From contig CAZAPD010000012.1 of NCBI GenBank assembly GCA_964487115.1, forward strand, positions 1-33,208: a stretch of DNA of 33,208 nt, given 5' to 3'. The position numbers and the translations under genes were made by a program. Shown one piece after another: positions 1 through 9,980 of this stretch; position 1 is the stretch's first letter; the number at the start of each line of letters is the position of its first letter. A model generated the notes under the pieces. The model had not been told where the DNA came from, did no database searches, and worked only from the letters and a program-made list of their open reading frames with translations. The stretch comes from an uncultured Thermococci archaeon (GTDB taxonomy: Archaea > Methanobacteriota_B > Thermococci > Thermococcales > Thermococcaceae).

Positions 1-347
1 ACTGGTTTATTTCCAAACTCCTCTCTAAAAAGTTTTGCTACTGCTTCTCTGTAAACTTGTGCTTTTGAAGACCTTTTCACAAATGCCAGAACTTTTGCCA
101 TCATCTCTGTGTTTGCATCTGTGGAGATTCCCCTAACAATACAACACTCTTTCCCGTGTTCCTGATGGCCCGTATCTTTACCCACGTCTCGTGTGGACGC
201 GCTTGCACTGAAGTTCATCCTCTCAAGTCTCTCTACAAAGCCCCTCAGAAAGTAATTCAAAATCCTACAAGGATTCATTGGATATTTCGCGATCTTGTCT
301 TCATAACGATATGCTTGAGCCTCTGCTACTGTAAACAAGAACCTCAT
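1..347 (-). CDS. Hypothetical protein, 3'-truncated by window edge, with two ribbon-helix-helix (CopG/MetJ)-like motifs
   Basis: Not in the ORF track. Manual translation from ATG at 347 is open to the edge (MRFLFTVAEAQAYRYEDKIAKYPMNPCRILNYFLRGFVERLE...IVRGISTDANTEMMAKVLAFVKRSSKAQVYREAVAKLFREEFGNKP). GTGGTG SD-like motif upstream. Confidence 0.55.
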   Translation of the reverse strand, partial: MRFLFTVAEAQAYRYEDKIAKYPMNPCRILNYFLRGFVERLERMNFSASASTRDVGKDTGHQEHGKECCIVRGISTDANTEMMAKVLAFVKRSSKAQVYREAVAKLFREEFGNKP

Positions 348-544
348 AGATTAACACCACGATCGGGTCCTTTTGGAGGTAGTACTCGTAGGTCATCTTT
401 ATCTGCTCATTGGAGACGTGCACCCTTAACTTTATATCCTCTTCAACTTCTTCAAAACAGGTTGAAATCTGCTCTATATACTATCCCGCTGAGGCCGACT
501 GTTCATAAGTTGTTTGGAAAGAAATAAAGATTACACTAAGATAT

Positions 545-2275
545 TCATGGTCTTACTAATAATTTGTCTTTGAAGCTTAATATTCTCTGGCAGGGAGGTA
601 TTGTGATTTCTAAAGTATATTGAACATCATCGGGAACATCGCTGAATGCCACATACCCTGACACATAGCTTCCAGGACTAAGCTCCATGGCGCCAGTGAT
701 GTTGCTTATAACAATGTCTCCATGCCTGATAATGCCCTCTGAGGTTATTAGTTTCCATTGGTCAATATTGAGCAAGAGATTGTTTTCTCCAATATTTTTT
801 AGTTTGACGTAAAGTTTTACGAGAGGTTTTAGCTTGTTGATTTCTAAGTATGGGATTTTTTCAACTTTTCCCAGTGTGATTACGAGAGGATAGGCCTCTA
901 TTGTCTTGTTAATCTCTATTTCGTTCGGTTTTGGAGTTGCTCCTATTTCAACTGGAATTTCAAGAAATTCATCCTTGTATTCGATCAAATCGTACAGATG
1001 TATTGTTAATTCTGTCTCTCCTTCGACATAGGGGAACAATAACCACACTTCCTTTTCTGAATTGGGACTTACAGTTAGGAACCAATTGCTTGGAGCTATT
1101 TTTACATTGCCCCCAAGGCTAATCTCGTTTAAATCAACTGTTATCTCTTTATTTCCAGTGTTTTTAATTCTCAGGACAACTTTTATTCCTCTTTCTTTGC
1201 CTTCAAATGTCTCATATTCAAAGACGGCATATTTCACCAGTGTTATCTCGATAGGGAATTTTTGAGCTACTTTGGATATGTTTGCATTTTTATACTCCAG
1301 GAGGGGTCTAAGTCCAGAGAGCTTAGTTGCAACTTTTCTTTCAGGGATTATTTCTGTTTCTTGAACTTTAAACACGAATTCCTCACTGTTTAAGCTTATT
1401 TCATCCATAGGGAACAGAAATATTTCTTTTATGTATTCACCGGGCTCAAGCTTTTTAGGATAACCGTACCAAAATTCACTGTGATACTCTTCCACTGGAA
1501 ATCCATCAACTGTAAGCTTTGCGGGTTCCCTCCCTATTACTTCAATTGAGTAGTTTCCGATGTTTCTGAGCTTGGCATCTATTCTTAAGTACTTTCTGAG
1601 GTTTACATAGTGGATATAAATCCCGTAGCGGTAGAATTCAAGTTCAACATTCCCATCTATTTGAGTTATGTTTAATGGCTTTGCATTTTTGAGGTACAGA
1701 TTTTCAAAATACTCCTTTCTCTCTTTTTCATTCATTTTAGGAAGATCTGTAGCTATGAAAGTTCGTTTTAACGTCGTATTTCCAGCGATTAGTGTTGCAT
1801 TGACAATACCACTACTTGAAACTCCTTTTTGGAAGTCTGTTATTATGTAGCGAGCCTTATACATGGTGATTTTGGTAAGATTTTCAGATACTCCAGTGAA
1901 TTTCTCCGTGTAGGGCTGGAAGTCAGATTTGTGGATGGTCAACGTGCCGTTATATATGGGGAACCCAAATTCGTCCCTTATTGTCACCTTAAGCTTTCCA
2001 TCAATTTTTGTGCAGGCTGTTTGATTCTGAACTTCCAAATACAGAATGAGAACATTCGCACTTTCTTTCCAGTCAACTGTTAATTTGAAGTCCTCGATTT
2101 GCTCCTCTGGCACCATACGAATTGGAATTGTTGTAGAAGTTGGGGAAGCGACAATCGTGTTTGAGGAGGATTGCTGGCTGGTTGTTGAGGTATGTGATGT
2201 AAAAGGTTGACTCTGGAGGCATCCAGTAATAATTATTGTCAACAAAAGGACCAACATCATACGGTCCTTTCTCAT
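545..2275 (-). CDS. Surface lipoprotein with Ser/Thr-rich linker and three Ig-like (DUF4352-like) repeats
   Basis: Lipobox IITG-C after a hydrophobic signal; S/T-rich linker; three repeats with (K/R)N(I/T)G...L.P....F pattern; GGGGG SD-like motif upstream. Confidence 0.8.
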   Translation of the reverse strand: MRKDRMMLVLLLTIIITGCLQSQPFTSHTSTTSQQSSSNTIVASPTSTTIPIRMVPEEQIEDFKLTVDWKESANVLILYLEVQNQTACTKIDGKLKVTIRDEFGFPIYNGTLTIHKSDFQPYTEKFTGVSENLTKITMYKARYIITDFQKGVSSSGIVNATLIAGNTTLKRTFIATDLPKMNEKERKEYFENLYLKNAKPLNITQIDGNVELEFYRYGIYIHYVNLRKYLRIDAKLRNIGNYSIEVIGREPAKLTVDGFPVEEYHSEFWYGYPKKLEPGEYIKEIFLFPMDEISLNSEEFVFKVQETEIIPERKVATKLSGLRPLLEYKNANISKVAQKFPIEITLVKYAVFEYETFEGKERGIKVVLRIKNTGNKEITVDLNEISLGGNVKIAPSNWFLTVSPNSEKEVWLLFPYVEGETELTIHLYDLIEYKDEFLEIPVEIGATPKPNEIEINKTIEAYPLVITLGKVEKIPYLEINKLKPLVKLYVKLKNIGENNLLLNIDQWKLITSEGIIRHGDIVISNITGAMELSPGSYVSGYVAFSDVPDDVQYTLEITIPPCQRILSFKDKLLVRP

Positions 2276-2400
2276 GAAGCCCCCTAATTATGTAAAGGCA
2301 AAAATATAGTTAAGCTTTTTGGACTATGTTTTCTTTTGGATTTTTCTTTTAGAGCTCCAGATGATTTGGCTATGCTATCTTGTTGGATTTACTATCTTGA

Positions 2401-2924
2401 CTAGATTAAACATCTCTTATAAACCTCTATGTTCAAATCAGGATACAAATCCAAATCCCCCCGAAAATGTTGTTCTATAACGGTCTCTCTCATCGTTTTC
2501 CTCATTCTTCCCAGAGTTTTGACCAGAACTTCACCAACAGTACATTTCTTGGTATGCATCAGAGAAATGCAAAAATATCAGCTTCCCCACGTTAAGGGAA
2601 AACGTGAATACTCACTGGATAAAGCCGTAAAATTTATGTCCACAACAGGAATCCCGCGTTCTCTGACCTTTAGATAAATCCTTCCAGCTAACCTCCTGTC
2701 CGTTTCATATTCCACTGAAAATTCAATATCAGCAAAGCCAAGCCATTAAATCAAGTGTTCAGCAAAAATTATTCCGATATGGCCGCTGATTCTAATGTTG
2801 TGGAGAGTAACAATAACGTATGAATCAAAAGCTCTGAGATACTTTCCGATATTTTCCAAACGTTGGCCAGCTGTCAGGTTTTCATCTTTTGGGATTCAAA
2901 ACTTCACTGCATGCTATCAAGCAT
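2401..2924 (-). pseudogene. Degraded gene of unknown family (~174 codons)
   Basis: GGTGGT SD plus ATG at 2924, then a protein-like frame (IPKDENLTAGQRLENIGKYLRAFDSYVIVTL...RRLAGRIYLKVRERGIPVVDINF...DLDLYPDLNIEVYKRCLI) broken by an early frameshift and in-frame stops at 2896-2898, 2746-2748 and 2578-2580. Confidence 0.6.
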
Positions 2925-2989
2925 TATAACCACCATAAATAAGCTCCTTTGCAATGATAAATCTTTTGAAGGAATCGAGCTATTCTGAA

Positions 2990-3985
2990 ATGATGCTCGC
3001 AATTAAAGTCCATAAACGAAACGCAGAAAAAGTAAGGAAAAAACTCTTGGAACTCAATGTCTTGGCTAAAGAATACCTCATCAAGCGAGAAGGAAACTTT
3101 GTCTTCTTTCCGATAATACGACCTGTTGAAGGATTTGAGATTGTAGAAGCAGAATTCAGAGAAAGCAAGAAAAAACCCCACAGCTATCGTGAAGTCGTGA
3201 AAATCCCAGATGAAGTTAAATCGCTCCTCCCAAGCTCTTTCGATATAATTGGAGACATAGCAATAATCGAGCTTCCAGAAGGGCTGATGCGATATGGAGG
3301 GGCAATAGGCGAGGCAATTTTAAAGGTTCACCATCATATAAAGGCTGTTTTTGCAAAAGGAAGCAAAGTTAAAGGCAAATACAGAATCAGAGAACTCATC
3401 CATCTTGCCGGAGAAAAAAGAACAGAAACCCTGCACCGCGAGAATGGAATAAGGTTGAAGCTTGATGTGGCTAAAGTCTACTTTTCCCCCAGATTAGCCA
3501 CTGAGAGAATGAGGATTTTTGAAAAGACCCAACCTGAAGAGGTTGTTTTTGACATGTTTGCTGGTGTCGGCCCTTATTCAATCCTGCTGGCGAAAAAGGC
3601 CAGACTCGTCTTCGCATGCGACATAAACCCATGGGCAGTTAGATATCTTGAAGAAAACAGAAAACTGAACAAAGCCCACAACGTTATACCTATTCTGGGG
3701 GATGTAAGAAAAATTGCAGGGCGAGTGAAGGCTAACAGGGTTGTAATGAACCTTCCAAAATTTGCCCACGAATTTTTAGGGGAAGCCATAACAAGCACGA
3801 AACCAGGTGGAGTTATCCATTACTATGGATTCTCCCATGAGGACGATCTTTTCAGCAAGCATGAGAGAGTAATCCGAGAAAAAGCAAAGGAACTCGGCAG
3901 GAGTGTTAAAATCATTGAGAAGAGAAAAATCCGCCCCTATGCCCCTTATCAGTTCAATATTGCCATTGATTTCATGGTTATTTAG
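2990..3985 (+). CDS. trm5b: tRNA (guanine37-N1)-methyltransferase Trm5b (Met-10+ like class I SAM methyltransferase)
   Basis: FDIIGDIAI, HRENGIRLKLDVAKVYFSPRLATER, DMFAGVGPY (SAM motif I), NLPK motif (Trm5b type rather than PTPK of Trm5a). Start moved to ATG 2990/2993, ~20-23 nt after a TATA-like TTTTGAA. Confidence 0.88.
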   Translation: MMLAIKVHKRNAEKVRKKLLELNVLAKEYLIKREGNFVFFPIIRPVEGFEIVEAEFRESKKKPHSYREVVKIPDEVKSLLPSSFDIIGDIAIIELPEGLMRYGGAIGEAILKVHHHIKAVFAKGSKVKGKYRIRELIHLAGEKRTETLHRENGIRLKLDVAKVYFSPRLATERMRIFEKTQPEEVVFDMFAGVGPYSILLAKKARLVFACDINPWAVRYLEENRKLNKAHNVIPILGDVRKIAGRVKANRVVMNLPKFAHEFLGEAITSTKPGGVIHYYGFSHEDDLFSKHERVIREKAKELGRSVKIIEKRKIRPYAPYQFNIAIDFMVI

Positions 3986-3999
3986 ATTCTCGGGCAATG

Positions 4000-4473
4000 T
4001 TATTCTTCTCCTTTCATGGATGAGATGTGTGCTTTTGAGAGACCAATTGAACCATTTGTCTGCCCGAAGTTAAGGTCTTTTGGGATTCCCAATGGGGAGG
4101 GAACTGGCTTTTTTTCATCCTTGCTCACAATCCATCTGATTTCATCTCCTACTTCAACATTCAATGCCCGGATTATACCAACGGGTCCTTCAATGATGTA
4201 CCTGGATGCCTCCGCTGGAGCATAAACACGCCATGGTTTTGCGAGTTTAAAATCCACAACTTTCCTTGAAGAGTCGAGGAATATCACATCTATGCTCTTG
4301 AACATGAAGAACATGTGAATTGATGCACTCATTCGTGTCTCTGCAGGCAACAGAAACACAAGGGCATAATCTATACTCGGTTTAAACATCAATCCTACAG
4401 CACGCTTGAGGAAGGTATCAGCCAACCTAACCTCTCCATGCCAGACCTTCTTTTTGGTTTCGTTTATCAGCAT
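4000..4473 (-). CDS. DUF192 family protein
   Basis: [31 protein letters not shown] and YIIEGPVG motifs typical of DUF192. Confidence 0.85.
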   Translation of the reverse strand: MLINETKKKVWHGEVRLADTFLKRAVGLMFKPSIDYALVFLLPAETRMSASIHMFFMFKSIDVIFLDSSRKVVDFKLAKPWRVYAPAEASRYIIEGPVGIIRALNVEVGDEIRWIVSKDEKKPVPSPLGIPKDLNFGQTNGSIGLSKAHISSMKGEE

Positions 4474-4514
4474 ATTCCCCTCTCTGCAAGTCTGTTGATA
4501 AAATTTTTGATTTG

Positions 4515-4531
4515 GTTTTTAACCTTTGGTT
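4515..4531 (+). promoter_or_regulatory. SurR binding site (long form GTTn3AACn5GTT)
   Basis: Exact match GTT-TTT-AAC-CTTTG-GTT upstream of the BRE/TATA of the sudB-like gene. Confidence 0.8.
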
Positions 4532-4532
4532 T

Positions 4533-4548
4533 CAAAAATTCCTATAAA
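4533..4548 (+). promoter_or_regulatory. BRE/TATA promoter of the sudBA-like operon
   Basis: CAAAAATT-CCTATAAA, ~45 nt upstream of ATG 4592 which has a GAGGTGG SD. Confidence 0.6.
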
Positions 4549-4563
4549 CCCTTTGTTAAAAAC
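4547..4563 (-). promoter_or_regulatory. Second SurR binding site (AACn5GTTn3AAC, the reverse long form), abutting the TATA box
   Basis: AAC-CCTTT-GTT-AAA-AAC exact match. Confidence 0.8.
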
Positions 4564-4591
4564 TCTTATGTGTAAACCTGAGGTGGTTAAG

Positions 4592-5434
4592 ATGTACAGG
4601 ATTACGGCAAAAGAAGAATTGGATGTCAGGGACTTTTTTATGGAAGTTGAAGCTCCCCATGTAGTTAAGGCATGGAAACCGGGACAGTTTGTTGTTCTGA
4701 TGATACATGAAAGGGGCGAAAGAATTCCAATGTCAATATATTATGCAGACAGGGATACCGGCAGACTGGGAATGTTCATTAGGAGGCATGGGAAAACAAC
4801 TTTTGACCTCTGGGATAACTTTAACGTCGGTGATTCTCTCTATAGTGTAGCGGGTCCTCTCGGGAGGCCAATAGAGATCAAGCACTATGGTAATGTTGTT
4901 TTTGTCTCAGATGCTGTCTGCGGACAGGCTGAAAACTATGCGACACTCAAGGCCATGAAAGAGGCAGGAAACTATACAATCTCCATCCAAACATTTGAAG
5001 ACAAAGCCCACTCCTATCCCGAGAAATTCTTGGCAAAACCTGTTGCGGATGAGCACTATCTTACAACAGAGGATGGTTCAAGGGGGATAAAAGGTCATTA
5101 CTTAGATGTCCTAAAGGGGCTCATTGAAAAGGATAAGGTCGATATCGTATTCGGCGGTGGAAAGCTGGGTTCACTCAAGAAGCTCGCCGAGCTGACGAAG
5201 GAATATGGAATTCCGACCATCGTGACAGTCAGGCAGATAATGGTAGACGGAACTGGAATGTGTGGCTCCTGCAGAATCCTGTATGATGGTGAGATAAAAT
5301 TCGCCTGCCGTGATGGTCCGATGTTCGATGCACATAAAGTTGACTGGGATGATGTTATACGAAGAGACAGCCGTTTCGTGAGGGAGCAAAATATTGCAAA
5401 GGAACACTACCTGAAATCAAAGGGGGTGGTCTGA
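4592..5434 (+). CDS. sudB: Sulfide dehydrogenase / Nfn small subunit (FAD, [2Fe-2S]; PyrK-like), divergent paralog
   Basis: KPGQFV, GERIP, GPLG, and IMVDGTGMCGSCR...FACRDGP (Asp/Cys3 [2Fe-2S] motif); start at ATG 4592 with GAGGTGG SD. Confidence 0.88.
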   Translation: MYRITAKEELDVRDFFMEVEAPHVVKAWKPGQFVVLMIHERGERIPMSIYYADRDTGRLGMFIRRHGKTTFDLWDNFNVGDSLYSVAGPLGRPIEIKHYGNVVFVSDAVCGQAENYATLKAMKEAGNYTISIQTFEDKAHSYPEKFLAKPVADEHYLTTEDGSRGIKGHYLDVLKGLIEKDKVDIVFGGGKLGSLKKLAELTKEYGIPTIVTVRQIMVDGTGMCGSCRILYDGEIKFACRDGPMFDAHKVDWDDVIRRDSRFVREQNIAKEHYLKSKGVV

Positions 5435-6853
<1,419 letters not shown>

Positions 6854-6858
6854 ATGTA

Positions 6859-6901
6859 TTTCTTCCTCTTTTTTGATTAAGAGCCTAAAGAAAGAAGAAA
6901 G
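6859..6901. terminator. Probable bidirectional pyrimidine-rich terminator between convergent sudA and korC
   Basis: + strand TTTCTTCCTCTTTTTT after the sudA stop; AAAGAAAGAAGAAAG (T-rich on - strand) after the korC stop. Confidence 0.5.
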
Positions 6902-6912
6902 TTCGGAGGAGC

Positions 6913-7473
6913 CTAAAGCTCTCCTTTAAAAGCCTTTTCCCCAAGCTCAAATCCTTTGTGGAGAGCCTTAAGATTTATCTGTTCAGTTCCCTTGGGAACA
7001 GCATCCAGCACAGCTTTCTCCACAGAAGCCTCGCTTAGCACGTTGGAGAGCTTTGTAAGTAATCCTACCGTCAGGATGTTCATCGTCAGACTTAATCCAG
7101 TTGTCTCCTCCGCTATTTCCGTAAGTGGAAGGGCATAAACACGAAGCTTCTTTTCTATTTCAGGATGTCTATGAGGGATGAGGTCGCTTTCGACTATAGC
7201 AATCCCTCCATCTTTTACGAGATGAAGGTACTTATCATAAGCTTCTTGGGAAAAGAACACTGCACAGTCTGGACTAAGAGCCTTGGGATAATCGATAGGC
7301 TCATCGCTGATGACCACCTCAGCTTTACTTGCCCCACCCCTTGACTCCGGGCCATAGGCCTGTGTTTGAACTGCATAAAGTCCTTCATAAACAGCAGCAG
7401 CTCTCCCTACTATTACGCTCGCTAAGATAACCCCCTGACCACCAAATCCACTGAAGAGTATCTCCCTCCTCAT
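6913..7473 (-). CDS. korC: 2-oxoacid:ferredoxin oxidoreductase gamma subunit (distal copy)
   Basis: SGFGGQGVIL, YGPESRGGAS motifs; ATGA overlap with the upstream beta gene gives start 7473. Confidence 0.92.
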   Translation of the reverse strand: MRREILFSGFGGQGVILASVIVGRAAAVYEGLYAVQTQAYGPESRGGASKAEVVISDEPIDYPKALSPDCAVFFSQEAYDKYLHLVKDGGIAIVESDLIPHRHPEIEKKLRVYALPLTEIAEETTGLSLTMNILTVGLLTKLSNVLSEASVEKAVLDAVPKGTEQINLKALHKGFELGEKAFKGEL

Positions 7474-8315
7474 CCTTCCCACCCCATCATTTTCTTTGCT
7501 CTCTTCTTATATTCTTCATATTCCCTGGCTAAACCGGGCCTGTCTCTATCAACGAATTCTCCAATGACAATCTTGCCCTCAAGTTCTTCTGGAGGCATTT
7601 TCTTAGCTTTGGAAAGGGGTACCGTTATCTTCTGGTACCATCTGAGCAGTTCTGGGGCCGTTTTCATTCTGTTTCTTCTTCCAAAGCTGATTGGACATGG
7701 GCTCAGGAATTCAACGAGGGTAAATCCTTCCTTTTGCAAAGCCTTCTTTATGCTGTTGATGCCCTGAAGGTAATTGAAAACGCTCCATCTGGCTACATAA
7801 TTCGCTCCAGCAGCAACTGCAAGCTCCGCTATATCAAACGGATTCTCAAACTGTCCGTAGGGTGCTGTTGTACCACGGAGCCCCTTTAATGTTGTCGGTG
7901 CTACCTGACCACCCGTCATTCCATAGGTGAAGTTATTAATGAGAATAACCGTGATGTCAAGGTTTCTTCTAATGGCATGAATGAAATGGTTTCCACCTAT
8001 TGCCGCAGTATCTCCGTCACCCATAAAGGCTATCACTTTTAGATCAGGATTTGCGAGCTTTATTCCCGTTGCAAACGCAAGAGCTCTTCCATGGGTTGTA
8101 TGAAGGCCATCGAAGTTAACAAAACCCGGAACACGGGAGGAACAGCCTATACCACTGACCCATACTATTTCATCGGGGTTGAGACCAAGGTCATCTATGG
8201 CTCTTAGGGTGTACTGGAGAGCAGAGCCTATTCCACACCCCGGACAGAAAATCGTCGGAAGCATGTCCTTACGGAGATATTTTTCCCGAATTTCATAAGC
8301 ACACTTCAAATACAT
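7470..8315 (-). CDS. korB: 2-oxoacid:ferredoxin oxidoreductase beta subunit (distal copy)
   Basis: FCPGCG, SGIGCS, HTTHGRA, GDGD...NN TPP motif, YGMTGGQ, SPCP; start at ATG 8315 with GAGGTG SD. Confidence 0.92.
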   Translation of the reverse strand: MYLKCAYEIREKYLRKDMLPTIFCPGCGIGSALQYTLRAIDDLGLNPDEIVWVSGIGCSSRVPGFVNFDGLHTTHGRALAFATGIKLANPDLKVIAFMGDGDTAAIGGNHFIHAIRRNLDITVILINNFTYGMTGGQVAPTTLKGLRGTTAPYGQFENPFDIAELAVAAGANYVARWSVFNYLQGINSIKKALQKEGFTLVEFLSPCPISFGRRNRMKTAPELLRWYQKITVPLSKAKKMPPEELEGKIVIGEFVDRDRPGLAREYEEYKKRAKKMMGWEG

Positions 8316-8316
8316 C

Positions 8317-9471
8317 TCACACACCTCTCTTAACTCTCTCAATTATGTCCATGGGAGTATGAATTTCTCCGCCTATCTTCGGTATCAGCTCGACTTCTGC
8401 TTTTCCGTTGGCCCCTTCCTTTACGAGGTGATATACCTGTCCAAGGTTCATCTCCGGAACATATATCCTGTTAACCTGTTCGGCTATACCTTCAATCATC
8501 TCAAAGTCAAATGGCCATATCGTATTGAGCTTCAGCAGACCGGCCTTAATACCCTCCTCACGGAGACGCTTTACAGCTCTTATAGCTGATCTTGCAACAA
8601 TTCCATAGCTGATTATTGCAATCTCAGCATCGTCCAGATCAAAAGTTTCATATGCTATGATATCCTCCTTGTTTTTCTCAAGCTTATCGATAATTCTCCT
8701 GATAAGTCTTTCATGAACTTCAGCATCAACAGTCTTTGGACGCCCTTTTTCATCATGCGTTAGGCCAGTTACGTATGTTCTATAGCCTTTTCCAAAAATC
8801 GGCATCGGAGGGATCATATCACCGTGTATGTTCCCAAAGGGATACTGGGCTTCTTCCTTGTTGGCGGGAAGTTTTCTGTAAACGAGTTCAATATCTTCCG
8901 GATTTGGAGTATAAACTCTCTCACGCATGTGAGCTATCTCAGCATCCGTGAGAAGAACAACGGGAGTTCTGTACTTCTCAGCCAGATTAAAGGCTCTAAT
9001 CGTCATGTCAAATGCCTCCTGAACGGTGGCGGGAGTTAAAACAATGAGGCTGTGATCACCGTGAGTCCCCCATATTGACTGCATAACATCACCCTGAGCT
9101 CCCAAAGTTGGCTGGCCGGTGGAAGGCCCACCTCTCTGAACATCAACAACAACCACTGGAGTTTCAGTCATGATAGCATAACCAAGATTTTCCTGCATCA
9201 GGCTGAAACCTGGGCCGCTCGTTGCTGTCATGGCCTTTGCACCGGCCCAAGAGGCACCTATAATGGCAGCCATGCTGGCCAGCTCATCTTCCATCTGTAT
9301 GGAGACACCATCAACGAGAGGCATGTAGAGTGCCATTGCCTCAAAAATTTCGCTGGCTGGGGTTATCGGGTAACCAGCATAGAACCTACAGCCTGCTAAG
9401 ATTGCAGCCCTTGCTATTGCTTCATCACCCTGAATGAAGTCACTCCTACCTACAGGGAACGGATATTTCAT
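8317..9471 (-). CDS. korA: 2-oxoacid:ferredoxin oxidoreductase alpha subunit (distal copy)
   Basis: AGYPITPAS, QMEDE, TATSGPGFSLMQE, QRGGPSTG, EMNLGQ. Confidence 0.93.
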   Translation of the reverse strand: MKYPFPVGRSDFIQGDEAIARAAILAGCRFYAGYPITPASEIFEAMALYMPLVDGVSIQMEDELASMAAIIGASWAGAKAMTATSGPGFSLMQENLGYAIMTETPVVVVDVQRGGPSTGQPTLGAQGDVMQSIWGTHGDHSLIVLTPATVQEAFDMTIRAFNLAEKYRTPVVLLTDAEIAHMRERVYTPNPEDIELVYRKLPANKEEAQYPFGNIHGDMIPPMPIFGKGYRTYVTGLTHDEKGRPKTVDAEVHERLIRRIIDKLEKNKEDIIAYETFDLDDAEIAIISYGIVARSAIRAVKRLREEGIKAGLLKLNTIWPFDFEMIEGIAEQVNRIYVPEMNLGQVYHLVKEGANGKAEVELIPKIGGEIHTPMDIIERVKRGV

Positions 9472-9980
9472 TTTAATCCCTCCTCATAACCAACTCTAAA
9501 GGCTTTAACATTAACTTCCTCAGTCCCCTTAGGAACCCTCCTTCTTATAGCCTCCTCAACACTCTCCTTCTTAACGACCCCAGTTTTTGCAACCAAGTAG
9601 CCAAGGGCGACCATATTAACTGTTAAGGCCAAGCCCGTGTTTTCTTCGGCCAGACGAGTGAATGGTGCGCCGATATACTCGCGATCAGGTTTAACAAGGT
9701 CTGTATCAATGATAAGGATGCCCTCTCCTTTCAGTTCTTCTTTTGTTGAATCATAACCCAGCTGTGCCAGAGCAACTAAAACGTCGGCTTTTGTTACTAT
9801 AAGGTCATAAATCGGTTCTTTAGATATGATAATATCAGCTATTGAGTGGCCCCCTCTGCTTGCAGAGCCGTAATCCTGAGTCTGGAGAACGTTTAATCCT
9901 TCAATGGCAGCAGCTTCTCCCAGTATAACCCCCGCAAGGATAACGCCTTGGCCACCTATACCAGCCAATCTAATCTGCAT
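9468..9980 (-). CDS. korC: 2-oxoacid:ferredoxin oxidoreductase gamma subunit (proximal copy)
   Basis: AGIGGQGVIL, YGSASRGGHS, NMVALG; start taken at MQIRLAG (GGTGATG SD). Confidence 0.9.
   Translation of the reverse strand: MQIRLAGIGGQGVILAGVILGEAAAIEGLNVLQTQDYGSASRGGHSIADIIISKEPIYDLIVTKADVLVALAQLGYDSTKEELKGEGILIIDTDLVKPDREYIGAPFTRLAEENTGLALTVNMVALGYLVAKTGVVKKESVEEAIRRRVPKGTEEVNVKAFRVGYEEGLK

Noticed and set aside
301..480. Open minus-strand stretch (YIEQISTCFEEVEEDIKLRVHVSNEQIKMTYEYYLQKDPIVVLIYEVLV...)
   Set aside because: Looks protein-like and may be a gene remnant, but has no supported start, follows an in-frame TAG and overlaps the 347 ORF; cannot be called without a homology search
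156..527. 123-aa + strand ORF
   Set aside because: Non-protein-like composition, GTG start without SD; the minus-strand frame from 347 is more convincing
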